From Deferribacterales bacterium (lineage in GTDB: Bacteria > Chrysiogenota > Deferribacteres > Deferribacterales > Geovibrionaceae): DNA of 64,000 nucleotides. Shown one piece after another: positions 56,269-64,000 of this stretch. Within the stretch, counting starts at the first letter, position 1, and each line of letters opens with the position of its first letter. The stretch spans positions 256,001 to 320,000 of the forward strand of contig JBFWLW010000002.1 of assembly GCA_050251945.1 (NCBI GenBank), read 5' to 3'. The translations under genes were made by a program, and so were the position numbers. The notes beneath the pieces were generated by a model that saw nothing but the letters and a program-made list of their open reading frames with translations, made no database searches and had not been told where the DNA came from.

Positions 56269-57906
56269 TTATTTCTCCGTAACAACGGGGATGACCAGCG
56301 GTCTTCTGTCCAGTGTCTTTTTAAAATACCGCTTCGTCAGGCGTCTAAGCCCGTCCTTTATCTCCGTGTTGTCATAATCTTCCGCATTAATAAACTCATG
56401 CATGTGTTCCGTCAGAAACTCCTGAAGCCTCGCCAGATTCTTCTCGTCCGGCTTAAAGCCCGCAGTCTCCACCACAGGCGGCAGTTCAAACGTGCCGTCC
56501 GGGTTTTTCCGCATAACAACGGTAACAGCTCCGTCGCGGCTCAAATGTTTGCGTTCGCGCACGGATTCCTCATCCATTGAAAAATGCCCGCGCAGGTCGA
56601 TGAATATCTTACCCGCCGGAACCTTGTCCTTGCGCTCAAACTCGCCCCTATGGAACTTTATCCTGTCGCCGTCCTCAAGCATCAGCACGTTGTCGTTGTC
56701 CAGCATAGACATGCTTTTCAGCATCCGCTTCATGGTAATGAGATGCATCGGCTCGCCGTGTATGGGAATGACGTATTTCGGGCGTGTGAAGTTCACCATC
56801 AGCTTTATCTCTTCCTGAGATGCATGACCGGAAACGTGTATCCGGTTCTTACCGATGTCGACTACTGTGCCACCTGATTTGTATATCATATTCACCAGAT
56901 TTATCAGATTCTTTTCGTTGCCGGGAATAACCCGCGCGGAGATGACGAACAGGTCACCCTCTTTAACGGAGATGTCTTTCCGTTCGCCGGACACAACCCT
57001 GTAAAGCGTACTGTTAGTTTCGCCCTGACAACCTGTGATTATGAAACATATTTTATCCGGATCCATCCGTTTTGCAGTTTTAAGATCCACAATCATGTCT
57101 GTCGGCAGTTCGATATGCCCCAGATCCGCCGCAATGGATACGTTTCTGTCCAGAGCCGCACCTTCAAGAACGACCTTGCGACCGCATTCGCGGGCTATGT
57201 CGAAAACCTGTTTGAACCTGTCGACGTTTGACGAAAATGTCGTGAAAAATATCCGTCCGGATGCGTTTCGGAAAATTTTTGAAAGGTCACTGCGGATGGA
57301 TGATTCGGAATAGGTAAATCCCTCCCTCTCGGCATTTGTAGAATCTATGAGCAGAGCCGTAAGCCCCTTTTCGGCAAGCGCCGTGAAATCCGCAGGGCAG
57401 AATGGTTCGCCGCCGACGGGGGTCTGGTCTATTTTGAAATCGGAGCAGTGAAGCGCCGAAAAGTCTTCCGTAACAATATGCAGGGCATAGGTGTCACTGA
57501 TGGAGTGGGTGACGGGTATGAAAGTGACCGAAAAACAACCGGCCTGCACAGTCTGTCTGGGGTCGACGAAATTAAGGTCAAAGGGACAGTGTCTGGCACG
57601 CCCTTTAGCGGCCAGAATACCCAGCGACAGCCTTCCTCCGTACACGGGCAGATCGAATTTACGCAGAAGTATCGGCACGGCGCCAACATGGTCTTCGTGT
57701 CCGTGGGTTATGAAAACCCCTTTCAGCTTATGCTTTATCTGCTCGATATAATCAAAGCCCGGGACAACGTAGTCGATACCGGGAAAGCTGCTATCTGCGA
57801 ACATTACTCCGCAGTCAACAATAATGGCAGAGCTTTCGGTCTCGTAGACATACATATTCATGCCTATCTCGCCGACACCGCCTAAAATTGAAATAGAACA
57901 AGACAT
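56269..57906 (-). CDS. rnj: Ribonuclease J
   Basis: GGVGEIGMN, THGHEDH, IHVSGHA and PIHGE motifs. Confidence 0.93.
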   Translation of the reverse strand: MSCSISILGGVGEIGMNMYVYETESSAIIVDCGVMFADSSFPGIDYVVPGFDYIEQIKHKLKGVFITHGHEDHVGAVPILLRKFDLPVYGGRLSLGILAAKGRARHCPFDLNFVDPRQTVQAGCFSVTFIPVTHSISDTYALHIVTEDFSALHCSDFKIDQTPVGGEPFCPADFTALAEKGLTALLIDSTNAEREGFTYSESSIRSDLSKIFRNASGRIFFTTFSSNVDRFKQVFDIARECGRKVVLEGAALDRNVSIAADLGHIELPTDMIVDLKTAKRMDPDKICFIITGCQGETNSTLYRVVSGERKDISVKEGDLFVISARVIPGNEKNLINLVNMIYKSGGTVVDIGKNRIHVSGHASQEEIKLMVNFTRPKYVIPIHGEPMHLITMKRMLKSMSMLDNDNVLMLEDGDRIKFHRGEFERKDKVPAGKIFIDLRGHFSMDEESVRERKHLSRDGAVTVVMRKNPDGTFELPPVVETAGFKPDEKNLARLQEFLTEHMHEFINAEDYDNTEIKDGLRRLTKRYFKKTLDRRPLVIPVVTEK

Positions 57907-57962
57907 AAGAGTATATTAAAGAAGTCCGTGGCAAAACACAAGCAAGTTAAAGTTAAAGGAAT

Positions 57963-57994
57963 AAAAAACCCTGTGCTTTTTACACAGGGTTCAA
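57963..57994 (-). terminator. Intrinsic terminator after the small secreted protein
   Basis: AACCCTGTG-TAAAAAG-CACAGGGTT followed by a T run on the minus strand. Confidence 0.75.
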
Positions 57995-57997
57995 AAA

Positions 57998-58147
57998 TTA
58001 TTTTCCTTGTGGAGCTTGCTGTTGTGCCCCTCCGCAGCCGCAATTGCTCTGCGCAGGAGTTTGGGGCGCCGCCTTTGTTTCAGCAGCAAAGGCTGTTACA
58101 GCCGCAAAAAGCGCAATGGCGAGAACGAAAATAAAAGTAGATTTCAT
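57998..58147 (-). CDS. 49-aa secreted peptide with CGC motif
   Basis: GGAGG RBS before ATG 58147; Sec signal MKSTFIFVLAIALFAAVTAFA; mature AETKAAPQTPAQSNCGCGGAQQQAPQGK; own terminator. Confidence 0.7.
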   Translation of the reverse strand: MKSTFIFVLAIALFAAVTAFAAETKAAPQTPAQSNCGCGGAQQQAPQGK

Positions 58148-58209
58148 TGTATTATCCTCCGGATGTAAATCTATAGACAAGACAGAGAATGATTTATTAA
58201 GTTCAGATG

Positions 58210-59340
58210 TCAGACTATGAAAATTTTGCCGTCGATGTTTCTTCCGAAACGCTGGCTGTTGCCTATGCGCCAGAAGACGCATGACACATCCGTGATATCC
58301 GTGTCGTCGTCAAACACGAATATTTTAGAAAATTTGCCGTAGAACGGATCGTTTTTCAGTCTTTTCAACAAAATATCGTTAATTCCGTCCGCAAGAACAA
58401 AACAGAGCCGCCCGTATACGCCAACCTCCGGATGCCTTATGTCGCGGACTGAGGAATAACTTTCGCAAAAACGGTAAAAGTTGACCCGCGCCGCCGCCTG
58501 CCCCAGATACACGTTCTCCGTCGGAGGGATATCCGTTATCATAGTCTGCAAAAAGCCGCCGCGCATCATCTGCACGGATTTTATATTCAGAACCGGAAAA
58601 TCCTTCGGCTCGGTGAAACGTCCGGTGTGATTCAGAAACCTGCCGCCCTTCGCGCGCTCCGCACCGACGGTTCCGTGAATTATAACACGGGTATCAGACG
58701 GAACAGGAAAACCCGACGTACGGATATATTTCACATCGCCCAGACGTGAAGCCAGCCGCAGAGCGTCGGTATCGTAAGGGAAACTGCATGCGCATGTGAA
58801 CACCAGAAACGGCGAACAGCCCACCGCTATGGTTACTGGGATGTCTCCGTGTGCCTCTGATATGGATTTTGCGAGTCCGCTTTTGTCGGCGCAGTGGATA
58901 ACAGCGCGCTTTTCACCGATAGGCTCGATGCGGTAGATTCCGCCGTGGTATATTCCGCTGTGTTCGTTTATGACACATCCGAGGTTTATGGAACCTGACG
59001 TATCGCCGTCATGGAATTTGCAGAGCGGCAGGTCTTCAAGTCCCTTAAGAGTGTCGTATGCCTTGGGATCTGTGAATGAAAGCTGTGAAATATCATGGGA
59101 TTGGCGGTTTGCGCGCTCGGCGAGTGTGTCTGAGGGCATGCCCCATGCCGCCTCAAGCCGCGCAGGAGACGCGAAAGCGTTTATGAGCAGAGGAAACGCT
59201 GAACCTGCAACACGGGCGAAAAAGGGCGGTTCGCTGTTCATACAGCCGCTTTTCGCCAGTTCTGACAGCTCTTCCCCTCTGTATTCCCCCTTAAGAAAGG
59301 GTATTTCTGTATATTTCAGGTAATAATCAAGATCGGGTAT
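58210..59340 (-). CDS. Divergent UbiD-family decarboxylase-like protein; proposed ATA start at 59340
   Basis: N.FAS..R, LP.......D, GIYR, PV.IAVG..P, F.NHTG, PP.E..YLG, K.FVFDDD.DI.D and V.WR motifs. Confidence 0.7.
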   Translation of the reverse strand: MPDLDYYLKYTEIPFLKGEYRGEELSELAKSGCMNSEPPFFARVAGSAFPLLINAFASPARLEAAWGMPSDTLAERANRQSHDISQLSFTDPKAYDTLKGLEDLPLCKFHDGDTSGSINLGCVINEHSGIYHGGIYRIEPIGEKRAVIHCADKSGLAKSISEAHGDIPVTIAVGCSPFLVFTCACSFPYDTDALRLASRLGDVKYIRTSGFPVPSDTRVIIHGTVGAERAKGGRFLNHTGRFTEPKDFPVLNIKSVQMMRGGFLQTMITDIPPTENVYLGQAAARVNFYRFCESYSSVRDIRHPEVGVYGRLCFVLADGINDILLKRLKNDPFYGKFSKIFVFDDDTDITDVSCVFWRIGNSQRFGRNIDGKIFIV

Positions 59341-59396
59341 AACATCCTCCAGACACTATACCCGATTATACACATAAAAAAGAGGAGAACGCACCT

Positions 59397-61439
59397 TTAT
59401 TCTGTGCGGAATTCGTTGGCAAGAGCCATAAGCTCCGAAGAATCTTTCTGGAGCTGGGCAACCGTGTCGTTCACGTTTGAAACTGCCACAAAGCTCTGTT
59501 TTATACTGTCGGTGACGTTTTCAAGCCGCGCGCCTATCTCGTTCATAGACCTCGTCTGTTCCATTACGGATGAGGACATGCTCGAATTTGCACCCTTGAT
59601 ATGATCCATTGAGCTGATTATACCGTCGAAAGTGACTTTCGCATCTGTGATGGTGCTAACGCCCACCGTTACCGTTTCGGCTGCCTCTTTCATTGTGGAG
59701 TTCACCGTCTGGGTTTCGGACTGGAGCGCAGAGATTATTTTGCTTATCTCTGTGGTGGCGGACTGGGTCTTCTCCGCCAGCTTGCGCACTTCATCTGCAA
59801 CAACCGCAAATCCTCTGCCCGCTTCCCCCGCTCTTGCCGCTTCAATGGCGGCGTTCAGCGCAAGAAGGTTCGTCTGGTCTGCGATATCGCTGATAACGTT
59901 TATGATGTTTCCTATCTCCTCGGAAGATTCGGAAAGCCTGTCCACCGTGGCGGAAAGTTCATCCACCTGAGTGTTGATATCCTGAATGGCGCTGAGCGAC
60001 CTGTCCAGCTTAACTCCGCCGTCTTTGGTCTTTGATATGGTTTCGTCTGTCTGAACGGAGATATTGCCGAGGCTGTTCTCAACAGCGTCCGCCTGTTCGC
60101 GCACGGCGGAAAGCTCTGAGCTGATACCGGTTATCTCCTCTGTCTGCACGCGAAAAGTCGCCGCAAATTCCTCCATAGTGGAGGCAAGTTCGCTGTTTAT
60201 GCTCGAGAGGTCGGTAGTACTCTCTTTAACCCTTACGATTATCCTTTGCAGATTTGCGATAAAGGTGTTCATGTATGCCGCAAGCTGACCTACTTCGTCG
60301 GTTCTGTCCAGCGTGATCCGTTTGGTCAGATCCCGCTCGTCGGTCATTTTGTCGCGAAGGAAGATAAGGTCTTTCGCAAGTATTCCGGTTACTATTATAA
60401 CAGTGAGCAGAAGGGTTATTATCGCACCGACATGTATGAATGCCAGACCGTTTATAACTTTTTGCTGATAAACGAGAAATTCACTTTCATATGAACCTGT
60501 GGCTACAACCCAGCCCAGCTTTTCCAGAGTGAAATATTTAAGAAGCTTAACGGCGGGTCTGCCGTCCTTAAGTTCGCTGTATTCTATCTCGCCGCTTTTG
60601 TTCTCTATCATCTTCCTGATATACGCGACACCTTCGGTGTCTTTGTCCTCAAGTCCCTTCTGTCCCTGTTTCTGAGGATGGACGAGATAGTTGCCTTCGG
60701 TGTCTATTATGAACGGAAATCCGGTCTCGGCGACCTTCATCTTGGCGAATGAATTTCTTATGGAATCAAGAAGCACTTCCTCGGATATTCCCACATAAAG
60801 CACGCCGATAACATCGCCGCCGGATTTTATGGGTTCATATACCGTCCAGTACCATTTTCCGACAACGTTGGCTCTGCCTCTGTATGTTTCGCCGGACATC
60901 ACTGTCTGATACACAGCCGAATCCTTCGGGATGAATGTTCCGACAGCGCGTGTGCCGTCCTTTTTCATGACGTTTGTGGAGACACGCAGAAGTCCTTTGT
61001 CAATAACCTGAAATATTGTTGCCGTCAGTCCTTTGATATCCGCTCGTTTCGCCGCAGCGTCAACAGGTGCGAAGTTGCCGTAGATATCCTCGCCGTCATA
61101 CATCATGGCGGGGATAGTCACGGGAAATTCGTCGCCGCTCTTCTGGTCAACGGCTTTAACTGTCTTTGTGTTCGCGCTGTCGATGGAAAATTCCGATTTC
61201 AGATAAAGAAGTGTGCGGAACGTTGAAAAATTTGATCTGACAAGTTCAATTGACTGTGCATAAAAAAGATTTACGGTTTCGCCCAAAACCGCTGTGTTCT
61301 CCTCAAGCGAGGCTCTCGACTCGAGAAGCATCTCTTTTTTCACTTTTTCTCCCGTTGCATAGGCGAGAATAAGGAAAATAAGTATAAGTGGAATGCCGAA
61401 ATACAGCGAGTATTTCGCCCGGATGCTTTTAATCTTCAT
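59397..61439 (-). CDS. Methyl-accepting chemotaxis protein with Cache sensor domains
   Basis: Two TM segments; ATIF....LRVSTNV...G.RAVGT Cache motif; [42 protein letters not shown]. Confidence 0.95.
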   Translation of the reverse strand: MKIKSIRAKYSLYFGIPLILIFLILAYATGEKVKKEMLLESRASLEENTAVLGETVNLFYAQSIELVRSNFSTFRTLLYLKSEFSIDSANTKTVKAVDQKSGDEFPVTIPAMMYDGEDIYGNFAPVDAAAKRADIKGLTATIFQVIDKGLLRVSTNVMKKDGTRAVGTFIPKDSAVYQTVMSGETYRGRANVVGKWYWTVYEPIKSGGDVIGVLYVGISEEVLLDSIRNSFAKMKVAETGFPFIIDTEGNYLVHPQKQGQKGLEDKDTEGVAYIRKMIENKSGEIEYSELKDGRPAVKLLKYFTLEKLGWVVATGSYESEFLVYQQKVINGLAFIHVGAIITLLLTVIIVTGILAKDLIFLRDKMTDERDLTKRITLDRTDEVGQLAAYMNTFIANLQRIIVRVKESTTDLSSINSELASTMEEFAATFRVQTEEITGISSELSAVREQADAVENSLGNISVQTDETISKTKDGGVKLDRSLSAIQDINTQVDELSATVDRLSESSEEIGNIINVISDIADQTNLLALNAAIEAARAGEAGRGFAVVADEVRKLAEKTQSATTEISKIISALQSETQTVNSTMKEAAETVTVGVSTITDAKVTFDGIISSMDHIKGANSSMSSSVMEQTRSMNEIGARLENVTDSIKQSFVAVSNVNDTVAQLQKDSSELMALANEFRTE

Positions 61440-61543
61440 CTTTCCCCCAAAACCAATAGAATCTGATTGCTAAATGTGTTGTGTACGCAAAAATATAGCG
61501 CTTAAGAGCATAAATTCAATAAAAAAATTAACAAACTGAATTA

Positions 61544-62227
61544 TTATTTTTTAATACAGATAGTAGCGTCGCAGATGCCGAAGCTCATTGGGTTGAATTG
61601 CGCCTCTGAAAATCCTGCATCAAGAATCATTTGCCGGTATACGTCCCTTTTCGGAAATTTGTACACCGAATCGGGCAGATACTCGTATGCTTTTCTGTTT
61701 CCGGAGATGATGCCGCCGATAAAAGGCAGTATCTTTGTGAAATAAAGCCTGTAAAGTCTGCTGAAAATCGGTCCATCGGGCTGTGAAAACTCAAGAATAC
61801 AGAGCTTTCCGCCGTCTTTAAGCACCCTGTGCATCTCTTTCAGACCTTTCGCCTTGTCCGTTACGTTCCTGAAACCGAAGGAGATTGTTATTCTGTCGAA
61901 GCTGTTGTCAGCGAACGGGAGACAGTGGGCATCCGCCACACTGAACGAACCTTTCGGGAATTTCTGTTTACCAATCAGCATCATGTTATAGCTGAAATCG
62001 CCGCCCACAAGGTTGACGCCCTGAACCCTTTTGTCCATCTCTATCATCATGTCGGCTGTTCCGCACGCAAGGTCGAGAACTGTCTGACCGCCTGCGATTC
62101 CCGCCAGTTTAATAGCCTTTTTACGCCAGCGCACGTCGGTACGGAAGCTCAAAACCCTGTTCAGAAGGTCATACCTTCCGGCTATATTGTCAAACATCTG
62201 CTGTATTTCTTTTGATTTCTGTTCCAA
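61544..62227 (-). CDS. ubiE: Demethylmenaquinone methyltransferase UbiE/MenG
   Basis: MFD.IA..YD..N..LS, LDLACGT, FG.RNV, LEFS and AY.YL..S motifs. Confidence 0.92.
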   Translation of the reverse strand: MEQKSKEIQQMFDNIAGRYDLLNRVLSFRTDVRWRKKAIKLAGIAGGQTVLDLACGTADMMIEMDKRVQGVNLVGGDFSYNMMLIGKQKFPKGSFSVADAHCLPFADNSFDRITISFGFRNVTDKAKGLKEMHRVLKDGGKLCILEFSQPDGPIFSRLYRLYFTKILPFIGGIISGNRKAYEYLPDSVYKFPKRDVYRQMILDAGFSEAQFNPMSFGICDATICIKK

Positions 62228-62238
62228 GAAAAAACCCC

Positions 62239-63804
62239 TTAAATCCTTATGATCATGCAGGTGAAATCATCCTTCTGCATCTCTCTGTCCAATACCATAT
62301 CCTCGTAAAGAACATCAAGTATATTATCCGCACCGGAATTTGCAAGCTGTTTGACTTTCTGCATGAGATTATCTTCGCTCATGTATTCTATCAGCCCGTC
62401 GGTGTAAAGAAAAAGCGTGTCGCCTTTTGCAAGCGGTTCAGTCTTAACCGTGTATTTCTCCTCCATCAGACCGATAGGGAGAAAATCCGAAACTATACTT
62501 TTGTCGCCGCTCGCTGAAAGGTGCATGATCGGTTCGTGTCCGCACGAGAGATAGCGCAGGCTGAGGTCATTTTTATCTATGAAGCCGAAGAAAGCAGTGA
62601 TGAACCTGTCTCCGAAGTTTTTCCCAAGAAGGAAGCTGTTCAGTGTTCCGGCAAGCTTATCCAGCGCGACGTCTCTGTCAAAAAGTTCTGCATTTTCTGT
62701 AAAAACGCTCAGAACAACGGTGAAAACGGCGGCGGAATAGCCCTTTCCGCAAACGTCAGCTATGCAGAAAAAAAGCCCGTCAGGAGTCTCTTTAACAGTC
62801 ATGTAATCGCCGCCCGCGGCACGCGCCGGATGATTTATTCCGCGCAGAAATATTCCGCAGTCTGCCGAAACGGATTTGGACACGAACTTGTTCAGTATCT
62901 CCCCTGTTGCAGACATCTCTGATTCCTGAATCTTCAGTTTTGTCATCTTCTGGTGATACATTGCGTTTTCAACCGCAGTCGAGACTATGGACGACACCAG
63001 TTCAGAAAATTCTTTATCGGGTATGATATCGAAATGTATGTTGAAAAGCAGGATGCGGATATTCTTCGTCTCTTCGTAGATGAAAAAAATGTTCTCTATG
63101 TTGAATTTGGAACAGTCTATCCTGTCCTCGATAAATTCAGTGTAGTCGATACCCATTACATAAGCGTAAGCACCCTGTTCGCCGATACGAACGTTGTTGC
63201 GCACGTCGCCCTCTTCCAGTCCGAAACCTATGAATTCGCTGTTGTGCAGAACACAGCCCGCCTCCGCGGAAAAAACGTCCATAAAGAATGTGAGCGCAAG
63301 CGCCACAACCTCGTCAAGCTCCACAGCGCGCAGTATCCTGCTGCTCTGTTTAACAAATTCGATCTTCTTCTGGTAATCCACATATACGTTTATATTCTTT
63401 TCACGGGCGATAAGCTCGGCAAGCCTCTGCCCTATGTAGTCGCTGAACGCGATAAGCTCGGCAAATATTTTGTATTCCGGCGCCTCGTGAAAACTGACGG
63501 CACAGTATACCGTTCCCATATGGCTGAAAAACACCGTTCCGTAGACGTCTATCTTCTCATCGAAAAATTCAAGGGTACGGCGCTCTTTGGAACTTCCGGT
63601 GCCGTCGAATCCGAGGTCGTGTATGTCGTATTTTCCTTCCGCATTCCTGTGCGCGCCTGTCACAGGCGTGCAGATACTCATATCTATCTGCCATATGGTG
63701 AACGGCGCAAAGCATGCGCTGTCCAGATACTCACGCATACCGTGGTAAAAATCCTGAACGCCGTTGGCAAAAAGAGCATCGAGAAGCTTTTTAGGAAATA
63801 TCAT
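62239..63804 (-). CDS. SpoIIE/RsbU-like PP2C phosphatase with N-terminal unknown domains
   Basis: GGDY, IADVCGKG, FIT, GH, YTDGL and DDFT motifs. Confidence 0.9.
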   Translation of the reverse strand: MIFPKKLLDALFANGVQDFYHGMREYLDSACFAPFTIWQIDMSICTPVTGAHRNAEGKYDIHDLGFDGTGSSKERRTLEFFDEKIDVYGTVFFSHMGTVYCAVSFHEAPEYKIFAELIAFSDYIGQRLAELIAREKNINVYVDYQKKIEFVKQSSRILRAVELDEVVALALTFFMDVFSAEAGCVLHNSEFIGFGLEEGDVRNNVRIGEQGAYAYVMGIDYTEFIEDRIDCSKFNIENIFFIYEETKNIRILLFNIHFDIIPDKEFSELVSSIVSTAVENAMYHQKMTKLKIQESEMSATGEILNKFVSKSVSADCGIFLRGINHPARAAGGDYMTVKETPDGLFFCIADVCGKGYSAAVFTVVLSVFTENAELFDRDVALDKLAGTLNSFLLGKNFGDRFITAFFGFIDKNDLSLRYLSCGHEPIMHLSASGDKSIVSDFLPIGLMEEKYTVKTEPLAKGDTLFLYTDGLIEYMSEDNLMQKVKQLANSGADNILDVLYEDMVLDREMQKDDFTCMIIRI

Positions 63805-64000
63805 TATCCGCCTTCTCCGAAATCAGCACGGGGTCAACCGCCTCGTGCAGTTTTTCAAGGGTCAGTCCAAGCGCAAGCGCACAATCGGATATCGTGTCCT
63901 CAAGCGCCTCATGGCAGTCTATGTTTTTGTGCATCTGGTTGGCGAAATACAGCACGCGGCTGAACGTGTCCTTACCAAGCTGATGGTGATAGCGTACGGA
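63791..64000 (-). CDS. Partial protein (C-terminus only), probably HDOD domain
   Basis: Hand translation SVRYHHQLGKDTFSRVLYFANQM...NDIS*; the VRYHH....V..AN pattern fits HD/HDOD; overlaps the phosphatase start. Confidence 0.5.
   Translation of the reverse strand, partial: SVRYHHQLGKDTFSRVLYFANQMHKNIDCHEALEDTISDCALALGLTLEKLHEAVDPVLISEKADNDIS

Noticed and set aside
62953..63963. Long plus-strand ORFs (336 aa here; also 17667-18587, 14026-14778, 15602-16318, 16558-17301, 52811-53596)
   Set aside because: Antisense shadows of well-supported minus-strand genes, with no recognisable motifs

Overview
A 64 kb chromosomal window from a Gram-negative bacterium. Gene content is compatible with a Deferribacterota-like organism, but this is an unverified impression. 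Most genes lie on the minus strand. Housekeeping blocks are rdgB-rph-rlpA-mnmH-LysR, pepA, glgA, a Ni/Co ECF transporter with mntP, speA-CANSDH-nspC-speB, ftsK-uppP-rnj and ubiE, plus two CAT-anticodon tRNAs. A ~21 kb surface-glycan region (15.5-36.6 kb) contains: a NeuA-type cytidylyltransferase paired with an HpcH-type pyruvate aldolase instead of NeuB/KdsA; two Maf/GT42-like transferases; Wzm/Wzt; a coiled-coil methyltransferase; and two tandem OafA-type O-acyltransferases. A small AT-rich accessory patch downstream of tRNA-Met holds an orphan antitoxin, a RelE stub, an IS3 scar, a T5orf172/GIY-YIG-SEL1 gene and a MITE. The most interesting leads are the putative NeuB-independent CMP-ulosonate pathway, three sigma28-driven small proteins sharing a C-terminal tag, an STT3/PglB-like transferase with QWDNG in place of WWDxG, two MITE-like elements carrying the same REP-like cargo, and two genes that appear to need non-canonical (ATT, ATA) start codons. 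All family calls come from reading motifs by eye; no searches were run.
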